DNA from: Antedon mediterranea
Taxonomy: Eukaryota > Animalia > Echinodermata
DNA length: 64,000 nt
Assembly (NCBI RefSeq): GCF_964355755.1
Contig: NC_092673.1
Location: 8,742,001-8,806,000, forward strand
Reading direction: 5' to 3'
The notes below the pieces were generated by a model, which saw only the letters and a list, made by a program, of their open reading frames with translations, made no database searches and was not told the origin of the DNA. The position numbers and the translations under genes were made by a program. Positions 24,586-37,600 of the stretch are shown one piece after another (position 1 is the stretch's first letter; each line of letters opens with the position of its first letter).

Positions 24586-25600
24586 GTAAGATAAGTACTG
24601 TCGGCTAGAGCATCTTTACCATGGTTTAACAAAACCTTGTACTTTTTATTAAAAATATAACGATAAACATGATTTAACCATAGTTTTTTCTTTAATTAAA
24701 TTCACAAGGAATTTTGGAATTTACTTTTTACTTTCCTCAGCTGCGTGACCATTATGGATTCAACTTCACAAGTGACTGTGATGGTGAAGTTTTAATTCAC
24801 TTGTACGGTCGTGGCGGAATTGACTTTATGGCCAAGATGCTAGATGGAGTTTTTGCCTTTTGTATTCTTGACACAAAAACTAAAAAGGTAAATATGTAGG
24901 TCTGGCCTACACAGTGGCATAACGTTTATGAGCGCTCACTGTCTAAACAAATTTAAAAAGAAATTAAAACGGCTGAAACGGCCTTAAAACGCCTGAAACC
25001 TCCAGCATTAGAGGGCCACTTAGCATCCCAATCAGGGGCCTCAGTCCTCTGCGTCTTCTTGTGGTGCAAATTTGTATGATTGGTGTATTTGTAGATTTAA
25101 TAGATAGATAGATAGATAGATAAAAACTTTATTGCAATTTATAAAAAAAAATTGAAATACAAATTGAAGTTGAACAATTCAACAAATTAGGAAAATATAT
25201 ACAAAACTAGAAAGCCACTCCGAGAGGGCATACCTCCGCCTACTGTAAAATTCTCCTACATAAGATTTCTCCGGTAAAAAATATATATATATATATATAT
25301 ATATAAATCAAAGAGCTGCATAGGCAGGATATATAAAAAAATCAAGATCAAATAAGTTAAAACTGCCTCAATATAGATTTATTTTAACGACATGTTTCGG
25401 GCATAGCCCATCATCAGGTGAAAAGAATTGTAACAAAGGATAACATATATAAGTCACAAAATTACATAATATTATGTAATTTTGTGACTTATATATGTTA
25501 TCCTTTGTTACAATTCTTTTCACCTGATGATGGGCTATGCCCGAAACATGTCGTTAAAATAAATCTATATTGAGGCAGTTTTAACTTATTTGATCTTGAT

Positions 25601-25674
<74 letters not shown>

Positions 25675-28600
25675 GTATGTCTTAATGCTGTTTGTGATTT
25701 AGGCTAATTTCATTACAAGCATGTGTATGCGAGTTTGGTGCAATGGTTATGTAACAAGCCTTTCAATTAACAATAGCTTCAGTTGACTAACAATAGAACA
25801 GCAACGCGAAAATCAAACGAGTGAATTTGAAAAGAAATAGGTTTTTTAAACTACTCGCATAAAAAAACGTGCACATTAAATCAAATTATGTTTTAAAATT
25901 ACAAATCACAAATTATAACTCTTGCCTCTTGTTAAAAAATGAAGTATTTTGGACAGTAATTCTCGAGAAAATGGAATTTCACTTTACTTGTTACTTTAAG
26001 ACTGCTCGCCGGCTTTTGAAAAATTCTGTCCTATCTTTTAACACTAGCAGGTCTAAAAAAGTATACTAAAAAGTGGTCCAGAATTGGGACTGTGGTCCCA
26101 AATGGTCCCAAAATTTAATGGAATGGTCCTTGACCACATATCTATCTGTCTATTCATTTTGGTAAAGATCTTGTAATTACTTTTTGAGTAATCCTGCTAA
26201 CAAACAAACAAAAAACAAACAAACAAACAAACACACGCTACCGATTATATATACCTCCTTGGCGGAGGTAAATTATGAATTATATTAGTTATAAATAAGG
26301 GAAACAATCAATATAAATCTAAGAATAAATCTTAGTACCCGACTGCTCAAGGAAAACCATCTACCAACCATTAAAAATACCGGTGTTAATAATGAAGTTC
26401 TATTGCATTTTGGTACAGGAAATTCATTGACTGATCTTAACTTATATGGTACGTGACGTGGTTGTGGAAGTAGGTTGTGAAGAATATGGCTCGGAATTTT
26501 CAGTTTTCGAAAGTATTCCTTGCACAGTTGTGTACATCGGTCCTCAAGCAAAGGTATAATTGTACGAAAACCATGGGAGTATAACTCTAAAAGCCCTTCT
26601 CTGAATTTGTTCAATAGCATTGACTTGTAAGCGGGTCAAACAAGTAGCCCACACTGGCGCAGCATATTCAACTACAGACAATACTACAATAAAAACAACT
26701 TAAATCGTGAACCGGCTTTACGCATCCCTACCAATGCGCTCATAGACAGTGGTGTCGTCCATGTATTAAATACATAGCACCCCCACCATAAGATCATAAG
26801 CAAAGAGAATGGGCCCCAGCTACGAGCCTTAGGGGATACCACCATTTACACCCTTCCATGAAGAGAAGGCGTTGCCTATCTTTACACGTTGTTGACGATG
26901 GCAAAGGAAAGCTCTAATCCAAGATAGAAGGTAGGAATCTACCCCAAATTTCCTAATTCCATGATCTATTAGATTGTACGCTTTCCAAAAGTCTTCTTGT
27001 TTTTTTTCCGTTGTGGAAAAACATTCATTAAAAAATTTTATAAGGGCATCAACAGTGGGTGTCACAAAACCTAAGACCACGAAAGCTAAGACCCCCTAAG
27101 ACCTAACATCATGAAAGCTAAGACCCAAGACCTAAGATTACAAATTCTAAGATATACTACAGCTTAAAAACAATACTTGTTTATCCATACATAATTTTAA
27201 ACACAGTAGGTTTCATTTATTACCATAAATATAATTAAATACTACCGCAAAACATAGATAAACTCACATTATTTTCGCCCGTTGAGTAAATGTATATTTT
27301 TTTCTTTACAACAAACAAACTTGACGGGTTGTTTGTTGGTATATATTTACTCCATTGTGTTGGTTCAGAGGATGCTTTTCTTACGCACCTGCCTTTCTTG
27401 TATTTTGACTCCAAATTTGTTGACTAACTTTATCCTGAATACCACACTTTAAAATTAGGATTTATAAGTACTTTCAGACGGAGAAACACATAAAAACAAA
27501 TAAATAAATCCTTTAAATTGATGATTTTACAGACATGTTTCTTTGTATACTGTAACTCCTCGAGCTCCCCCCATGCTCAATGTTTTTGTTTCTATGGAGC
27601 GCCAAAAGAGCAACAATAATAGTACAAGTATAAAAACAGAAAGAAAACGAAACAAATCATGATTTTTAAATTAAAATTTATTTGCCAGTATTTATTTCTT
27701 CGTACTTGCATGATTATACTATTATCATTACAATTTTAATTTTACATTGTTCCATCCACACTGTAGATGGACTCCACAGAGTTTTCAGCCCTCTATATAA
27801 TTTTTGCACTTTTGACGTTCCATAGAAACAAAAACATTGAACATGAATTCGCAAACAGTGCGAGAAAAACGTCTGTAAAATCATCAATTTAAAAATGTAT
27901 TTGTTACTTTTTATGTGATTCTTTTTCATAAAAGTGCCAATTTTAAGGTGTGGTATTCAGAATAAATGTTGGGAGTTAAAATACAAGGCAGGTGCGAAAG
28001 ATAAATATTTGTAATCTTAGGTCTTGGGTCTTAGCTTTCGTGATCTTAGGTCTTAGGGGGTCTTAGCTTTCGTGGTCTTAGGTTTCGTGACACCCCATCA
28101 ACAGTTGACACTCCTTTGCTGCATCCAAACTGATTAGGTTATATGCATTATCATGCATATAACTTACTTACTTGCTTGGGTTTAGAGGCTGGAAGCGCTG
28201 CTTGTTTGCCCATTAATACTTCTCCAGTGCATCTGATGTAAGGGTTGTACTTCATTGGGTGGTTTGTCCAATATTTTTCCAATGCTGATTTTAATCGGTT
28301 TATTGTATTGGCTTCAACAGCATGCCCAGGTAGAGAATTCCAATTATTTATGGCTCTGAATGAAAAAGTGGTTTGTCTGGTCCTAGTTCAGCAAAGTTTT
28401 TAAAAAAATATGTCCTCTTCTTGAGTTCTCGTCCATATCAAAAAACATGTTGGCATCAAGGTTATCAAATCCTTTTATAATTTTGAAAATTTGTATGACA
28501 TCTGACCTTTCTCGGTAGGCTAAAGTAGGAAGATTCAGATCTTTCAATCTGTCTGGGTAGAATAAATGCCTTATAGGAATAAGTCGTGTGGCTCGTTGTT

Positions 28601-31600
28601 GCACTTTTTCTAATAGATCTTCATCTTTCTTATACAATGGATACCAAGCTGTATTGCAGTATTCCAATGTTGGTCTAATACCCTTTTTACACTATCGACT
28701 GGGAGAGGAACACGAGTTGAACTTGGAGGCATTTTCCATTTACACTAGCCAAAAAAACTGCGAGATGAACTCGAGTTGCGCCCATTTACACTACATCGAT
28801 CACCCCAGTGCTGTCAATCAAATCACTATTGCGAGCGCACACGTGGAACTTAACTGACTATTGTTTAAACACTGGAACATATCGACAAATCTCATATCAA
28901 AACATAATAATCCGAATTTACACACAATTTATTTAATTTTGAGTGTTAAAGTTTCTTTGTGGCTATTAAGATTATCATTTATTATTTTAAACATTAACAA
29001 TTATTTTTCTTTTTAAAATGACTGCATTTCCGCCTTGTAGACTGTACAGGCCTTAAATTGTTAGGTTGGCGTAAAAATTAATTATTGTATGGTACTTTTT
29101 CAGTTCCTAAAACTGGAAGATCGTTAATAAATATGATAAACAATGTTGGGTTCAACATGCTTCCTTGGGGGATTTCGCTTGTGATATTTACACTTTGTGA
29201 TAGATTACCATATACTGTAACTTTCTGTGATCCTCCAGTCAAATATTTCTCTATCCATCGATACAGGTTACCTTCAATGCCATATGATTTGAGCTTGCTA
29301 AGTAAACGTTGATGCGGTACACTGTCGAAAGCCTTTTGATAATCTAAATATAAACAATCAATAGAGTGACCATCATCAATATCCTCTGTCCATTTCTCCA
29401 AGACTTCCAGGAATTGCGTTGTACAGGACCTGCCACTACGGAAACCATGCTACTCATCGCTTAACAAGTTATTTTGATTTAGATGATTTGTAAGTGCCTT
29501 TGGTATAATTTTTTCCATAATCTTGCATACCACCGACATCAAGCTTACAGACCTATAGTTGTTTGGGTCATCCTTCCTTCCTTTTTTGAAGATTGGTACC
29601 ACTGTAGCTTTTTTCCAGCTTGTTGGAACATCACCCTCATTCATCAGCTTGGTAACAATCATCTGCAATGTTTGTGCACTCATGGGTTTCCTTCAAAATA
29701 CGAGAGTGCAGTCCATCTGGTCCCGGTGATTTATTAATGTTTAAATTGATGAGAAGGCTATCGATATCGTGTACTGTAAAGTCGATATAATTTTAGATTA
29801 GGTTTTATTTTCCAAGTAAGGTACTGTTGATAAATCTTCTGGTGTAGACACTTTCAAAAAATGTGTTGAGAGTTTCAGCTTTATCCTGGTCAGATGTAGC
29901 CAATTTTCCTTCTGGTGTCTTTAGATCTGGAATGCCCAATTTTGTTCTTGTTTTCGCTTTGACATATTTCCAAAAACCTTTGTTATTATCCTTAACTTCT
30001 TCTGCCAGTCTATTTTCAAAATCAGATTTAGTCTTCCTAATATTAGTGTGGTAGCTTCATTTCTTGCTTCACAGTACTGGTCCCAATACTGTAGTACGAT
30101 TCTTTTGATGGATCCCTTTTCTTGATTTTTAAGTATTTATTTCAGCATTTGCGTTTCCTCTTTACAGCTTCCAGTGCGGCTTTATTCATCCACTGTGGTT
30201 TATTGTGTATTTCCTTCGCATGGGTATAAAGTCATCTATACGTTTTTGCATTATATTTTCAAAGATGTCCCACGCTTCTGGTCCGGATAAATTTGGTAAT
30301 AGATTAAACCATTCAATGTATTGTAATTGGTTTCTTGCCATATCATAGTCTCCATTGTAGTAGCTTTTCGCAAGTATATCTTCATTACAAACTTTAAGCC
30401 CAACCAGCGTATTGAATTTAATAGTCACAAGGTCACTCTTGCCAATAGGGGATCCAATGGTTACATCACTAATCAAGTCTTCTTGGTTGGTAAAAATAAG
30501 ATCCAGTATATTTGGTGTTTGTCCGGTTCTAAATCTAGTTGGTTCTTGTGTTGGTATAAAAACAGATCGTTGATACATTCCAAGAATTTGCAAATGTTGT
30601 TAGCATCATTTCCGTATACTACATTCTGTTGCAAATCAATGTCTCGGTAGTTAAAATCTCTCTCTCTAAAACCTTCTCTAGCATAACACATAGCTGTTGG
30701 TTGTTTCCATAGAACTTGGGCTTATGTATACACAACCGAATAGTAAATTAAATCCTCTGTCTTTTATTTGTATCCAAACAGACTCCTCAAATGATTAATT
30801 TTCAAGGGTTATCAGGGTACCAGAGATTCCTTCTTTCAAGTAGATTAATACTCCTCGCTTGATATCTTTTTTTGTGGGCAGGAACATCTGGTATCCTTCA
30901 AGTTGAAGCTCGCATTGTTGAATCTGTTGGTCATTCTGTAATGATTTTGGGTAGATTTCAGTCAAAGCCACCACATATGGTTTGTCAACTAAAACTTGTG
31001 CCTTTAATTCTTCTCGTTTATTCATAGGTGAATCACAGTTCGTGTATAAAAAATTAAAAGTTGATTGGGTATTATTTTGCTGCAAATTTGTTTGCGGCCA
31101 AATTAAAGTATATGCATCATTATTTACATTCATAGGTAAAACATTAGGTGCTTTGTTCCGTACTGTGTCTACAATTATTCTGTGGAGATGTTCTTTTAGG
31201 CAGATCTGTCGTCACTCCGAAAGCTGTGACGAACTATCTTTCCATTTCTGATAACAAGATTGTCTTCTCCCCTGCTTGTTCTTTCTTTCAGTTTCAATCG
31301 AAGTGCTTTGTACGCTTCTCTTTCTGTTCTTGTCCTATCCTTAGAAACTTGCACTGACTCCGGCTTTAAAGTTCAGCATTTTTTTAATACTCTATCACAC
31401 GAGCTAGCTTGTTCCATAACTACTTTCAGTGGCTTTGGTTTATCCACATAACCTTATTGATTTTGTCAAGATGTTTATTTATTTATTTATTCTTTCCTTA
31501 GCACTATTTTGTCCGTCAATTATCTTGAGATCAATTTCATCTACCTACATCAATCCTTATGGCCACGAATCGATGTGTTATCTTTTCACGGTGCACAATC

Positions 31601-34600
31601 AAAAATTACACGGTCTACACACGATTTAACGAAATCATGTTTGGAATAATATCTTCACAAGCATGTATCATAATTAAACCAAATTTGGTACTCATAAATT
31701 TCAGGTCATATTTCATCATTCAGCATTAAAGCACATGCGTACGCGTGCTTAAAATTTTCACAATTGATTTTCGATGAAATTAGAGTTTGTTTCAGGCAAT
31801 TATAAGCGTTTAAAAAATTGCCATGAGTGCACAGATTTTTACACGCGCACTGCGGGTTAAACGTTATTACACACACTTTTTGTCCGATTTCTGTTTTACA
31901 ACCTTTCTTTAATATCTTCATCATATTTTATTCACCTTTCAACTCGAAATTGCGTTCTACGAGCACGTCAAAAGGACAGGCTACGCATGTGTAAGTTAAT
32001 AAAATGGTAACAAAATGGTGAAAATATGCTAAAATTTTAAAATCAATATAGATGTCAGAATGCTCAGGAACTCCTATTTTGCATTTCATTTTGTATCATA
32101 TGTATGATTTATTATGAAATTAAAAGAAAAAATTAAGTCATCATTAATTGCATATTAAATTTTTTTAAATTAATTTTGACAATAAAACAAACTATTACAT
32201 TTTCTTGGGCCGAAATAACAAACTTAACATTAACTTTTTTCTTTAAAATGTTCATATATAAAGTTAAACATTTGTTTATAATAACAATTCATTGCGGTAT
32301 GTAATAATCTATCTGCACCAAAGTGGTTACTGCATGTAGTAAATACTTCAACTTTTAGTCAGTTGTGTATGGCTTGGTGGTGTGCTCGTGTCTATAGCAC
32401 AAGGTACCGAGTCTCACTTTGGGAAACAAAACGAAATAAGATTTTTTTTTATTATCCATATTGTTTGTTCAATTTTATTTATTTATTTATTATTATTTAT
32501 TTTGTATTTGCATTAGCAAGATCCTATCTTCATATATTATAAATAATTAAAGATTCTGACAAAATCAATCAATCAATATATCTTTTAAAAATCAATTATC
32601 TTTATTTAAATCAATGCATATAGCCTATAATTCCTCATAGTGACGAATTAAATCTAGTTAAGATTAATTTTTTATTTAATTTGGGCCCAAATTTGTTCTC
32701 CAATTAAACTTTCAAAAACTTTCATTGTTGTAAAAGTAAGTGAAATAGGGAAAATATCATTCTCGATACTTCTAGGTGGACTAGCTTTCAGGATAGGCAC
32801 TACATTTGCGCATTTCCAAATATCAGATATAACCCCTTCCCTGAGACTAGAATTAAAGATAGCACATAGAGGACCTGCAATTATGCTACTGTTATCTTTC
32901 AGAATCCATGGGGGAATCATGTCTGGTCCAGGTGCTTTATTTCATTTAATCTGATTGAGTTTGTTCCATAGTGCAGGGTTTAGGTAAATGATTGAGTTTG
33001 GCACATAGTGCAGGGTTTAGGTAAATCATTTAATGTGATTGAGTTTGTTCCATAGTGCAGGGTTTAGGTAAATCATAACAAAGCTAATTCTTCCTTCTTG
33101 ACTGTTTTACTAGGTGTATATTGGACGGGATACAATTGGCGTTCGACCATTGTTTCGTCTTTACAAGGAAAAACAAAGAGTGCTTGCCATATGTTCAGAA
33201 GCAAAGGGACTATTAGGAATTGAGAAAGTAGAGGAGGCTAATGGTATATCCCAGTTACTACCCGGTCATTACGAAGAATACAATTTGGGAAATGACGGAA
33301 AAGCTGTATTTGTTTGCCAAAATCAGTTTCATTCAATAACTGTTGTACCAAAATGGGCTTTGGAAACATCATGTCAAATACCAAGTAAGGTCATTTTCTA
33401 AAGGATAATGACTCCTACTTAATCCAGAAAAAACAGATCATAAGGTAGTGGGATGATTCGGCCCAGGGACAATTTGGCACATTTAAGCAACTGTGCAATG
33501 CAGATGCAAAAAAAAATCAATTATTTAATTACGTTTAATGTTTGGTTTTGTTTCCTTTTACAAAAAAACAAGGCCATATACATGGCTGCAGTCGCATGCT
33601 CAAGGTAGTGTTTACCGACCGACATAGTGAGCTGTAAAGTCACGTTGCACGCGACTAAAAATTACATTTTTTAGAATCAACATTGGAAATATCAACAAAA
33701 TACAACTGGACTGTATATATAGTAGCAGCAAGTTTTCACAACCTATCCATGTTTATACGACCTGGATAGGTTGTAAGACGTCATTATATACAAGTACAGT
33801 AAATCCAGTTGACTAGATTTAATTGTTTTCTAAACTTAATACTACCAGGATGAATGATAATATCCATACCTGTATCAACAAAATATGTTATTAAATATTT
33901 AGTTCAAACACTTGATATCAAAATTTTATAAATACCACAAAAAGGTACAATCATTATTGGTTTGGTCTAAAAAAAGTGGCAAAAGTGGCTAAATCATCTT
34001 TGGAAGGGCCGAATCGTCCTGAATTTGATCATAAAGTGTGTGATAGTACAAAAGCATAATTACTATGCTGTATAAAAATAAATTAATGCAAAAAATAACA
34101 TTGAATTCTATAATAAATATTATTTATTTGCGAGGAGCAAGTTTTCACATTATATATACTTTGAAATTTTACTCTTAATTTCAGATGCAGATCATGCAGC
34201 TAATATTCAATTCTTGTTTACCGAGGCTGTTACAAAAAGATTTATGGCAAACAGAAGAGTAGGTTGCTTCTTATCAGGTAACATATGAAAAGTCTGAATC
34301 TTACCAAACTATTAATTGTGGAACAGATTCTTTTTTGTTCACATTTGTGAAATTTGGTGGTATATGAGGGGTGTAATATTTGGATGTGGTGGTTCTAAAA
34401 CAACAACAATTTTCTTTGGTGTATTATATTATAATACTTGATTTAATGGATGTTCAAATAATTGTTAATAATTTTTAGTCGCATGGACGCGACTCAATAG
34501 TTCATTATGTCTGTCGGTCTGTCTGTCGGTCGGGTATCACTATGCGTTTTATCGCTTTTCTGTACTTTTTGAACTGTTTTGATGTACAGAAAAGTTTTAA

Positions 34601-37600
34601 AGTACATTACTTTTTGAAAGTTCATTTTTTTCTGAGAGCATGCGACTTATGGCTGTTGGCCTTGTTTTATTATCTATTTTGACTAGATTGCATTTTCAAT
34701 AACGTTAGTACTGCTTTTTAAAATTGTCCAGTTACAATGTTTGAAAGTAAAGAAAAGTTATAACATATGTAGTGAATTTATCTTAGTTGGTTCCGAGCTT
34801 TCTCAGGCGTATATATTTCCACGCGACGTACACAGCTGTCACTGAATGATAACTCATACAAAAAGTATATTTAACTCAACTAGAACTTTTATTCCTTGTA
34901 ATTCGATTAATACATCTTTCTACCACTACCAGTCAAGCCTTAATATATTCTTTATCATCTTTCCGTTTATCTACTCTGATCTTATTCTCTCTTCTCCTCT
35001 AATATCTATTACATTCCACTTTTATACTGAATATGCAAATTTTAGGCTTCAGAGGAGGATAACATTTTCCCTCCAAAATTTATGCGATTTTGATTGGCTA
35101 ATTAAGGCGGACCTGGTCTAAAGCATCCTTCTCTAAACACAGAGAATCACAACATTTATAATATGACATTCCCCTTTTTGGGAAAAAGATTGTGTCAATC
35201 TTTCCAAAAATTTAACATTTAAAACCATTTTACTTTAAACTATCTACTAATAACACCTCTATAATATTATTATGCACGGCTTAATCCATCTGCATTTCCA
35301 TTTAATGATCCTTTCTTGTAAATAACTTTAAATTTACATCCTTGTAAAAACAGAGCCCATCTCATAAGTCTAACATTGGCACCCTTCATTGAGTCCATCC
35401 ATCTCAATGCCTGGTGGTCAGTATGAACTTGAAATTCACAACCATACAGATAGTACTTAAGTTTATTGATAGCCCAAACAATAGAGAGGCACTCTTTTTC
35501 TGGCACAGAATATCTCTGCTCAGAATATCTCTGCTCATGTACAGATAACTTTCTACTTAAGTACACAATGGGATAATCATTACCCTCACCATCTATTTGG
35601 CTCAGCACTGCACCTATGCCATAATTTGAGGCATCGGTTTGCAATATAAACATCTTATCAAAATTTGGGGCTTTTAATACATTATCATCAGTAAGTCGTT
35701 TCTTTAAGGTTACAAAGGCATTTTCACATTGTTCATTCCACTTAACGGTATTACTTTTACTCTTTAAAGTTAAATCAATCAATGGCTTAGCAATATCGGC
35801 ATAGTTCTGTACAAATTTTCTGTAATAGCCAGTTAATCCGAGAAATGATCGGACTTGTTTCTTAGACAAAGGTCTGGGGAACTTTTCCACAGCCTCAACC
35901 TTATCAATCATGGGTCTAATTTCTCCATTACCAATCTTATGCCCCAGAAATTCTACCTGTGCATAGGCAATTTTACATTTCAAAGGCTTTGCTGTCAATC
36001 CAGCACTACTTAATCATTCATTCAAATGAAAAATATGATCTTTCCAAGTTTGACTATAAATACATATGTCATCTATATATGCCTTAGCATATCCCTCAGT
36101 ACCTTGTAATACCTTATCCATTAATCTTTGGAAAGTACTAGAGCTATTTTGCATACCAAATGGAAGTACATTGTAACAATACTGTCCAAATTGTGTAATA
36201 AATGCTGATTTGTCTTTGGTCTTAGGATCCAGAGGCACCTGGTAAAATCCTTTAGTTAGATCTAACGTAGTTATGTATATTGCGGATGATACCTCATCCA
36301 ACATTTCGTCTATGCGAGGCATAACATAAGGGTCAAATTGTGTAGTCTTATTTAGTGATCTAAAATCTGTCACCATTCTAATTTGATTCTGGCCTTTCTT
36401 CAGGGCAATAATAGGTGCAGCATAGGCACTAACAGTAGGTTCTATTATACCCATAGCCAACATACTATCTAATTCCTCTTTCAATTTACCCTTTAATGCT
36501 TGGGGCGTTCTATATGCCCTATGCCTTATAGGCATTTCACCATTAGTCTTAATTTCATGTGTCACCAAGTGAGTTCTACCTGGTACATCCGAGAATACAT
36601 TCTGTTGGTACTTTAACAATTCTGTTAATTGTTTAGTTTGTGTATCATTTAAATTACTACTAACGTTAACATCTCTCCATGTTTGTGATTGATGATAAGA
36701 CAATCCTATGTCTATTTCACTATCTAACTCATTGTTATGGACTGTTTCATTTAAGTCTACTTCTTCTATCGACTGAACATTTGTTACTACATAATAACCA
36801 TCTTTACTTATTTCTACTTTATCATACCATCTCTTTAACATATTAATATGTAGAATTTGTTTTTCTTTTCTTCTACCTCCTATGTATATTTCATAATTTA
36901 CATCATTGACCTTTTTTGTAACAGTGAAGGGGCCTTGCCATTTACTGTCTAACTTACTATTTCCTACTGGAAGGAATATCAACACTTTGTCCCCTTCTAC
37001 AAATTCTCTATCAATAGCATTCTTGTTATAATTGTGGGACATAATTTCTTGTTGTTCAAGTTTGTTTACATTAGCATCTTTCATTAATTCCTCCATTTTT
37101 TCTCTTATGTCTAACATGTATTTGATAACATCAGTAGATGTTTCTTCATCTTCTACCCAATTACTTTTGAGTAAACTCAAGGGTCCCCTCACCTCTCTAC
37201 CATAAAGCAATTTAAAAGGTGAATGGCCCGTCGCTTTACTAGGAACTTCTCTGTATGCAAACAGAAAGGGGGGTATGTAGTTATCCCAATTTTTGCTTTG
37301 GTTAACTGTAAGTGTCCTTATCATATTTTTCAATGTACCGTGAAATCTTTCAACAAGCCCATTGCTTTGGGGGTGGTACACTGTAGTCTTTAATTGATTA
37401 ATCCCCAACATACTACATATAGATTGCATAATTGAAGACATGAAATTAGTTCCTTGATCATGTACAATCTCTTCGGGTAATCCTACTCTAGTAAAGACTT
37501 CTATTAGAGCCCTGGCTACTGTTTCAGCTCTAACATTGGGTAACGGGATAGCATCCGGATATCTCGTAGCATAGTCAATTATAGTAAGCATATATTTGTT

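Larger units (their letters stand above)
25207..26272 (-). mobile_element. Helentron/HINE-like non-autonomous element in ASNS intron 2
   Basis: Ends ACTAGAAAGC...TACCTCCGCC (25207-25240) and TACCTCCTTGGCGGAGGTAA (26252-26271), with an (AAAC)n microsatellite near one end. This is the DINE-1-like layout. Confidence 0.62.
26285..32960 (-). mobile_element. Old LINE RT remnant split by nested insertions (pieces ~32672-32960, ~28096-28140, 26285-27056)
   Basis: [14 protein letters not shown]...PISLT; [16 protein letters not shown] (joined across a MITE); [12 protein letters not shown]; C-terminal HILHNLLP. Confidence 0.75.

Noticed and set aside
34846-35121. Identical 91-aa ORFs here and at 42952-43227
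   Set aside because: Chance antisense ORFs inside the two LTRs of element C.
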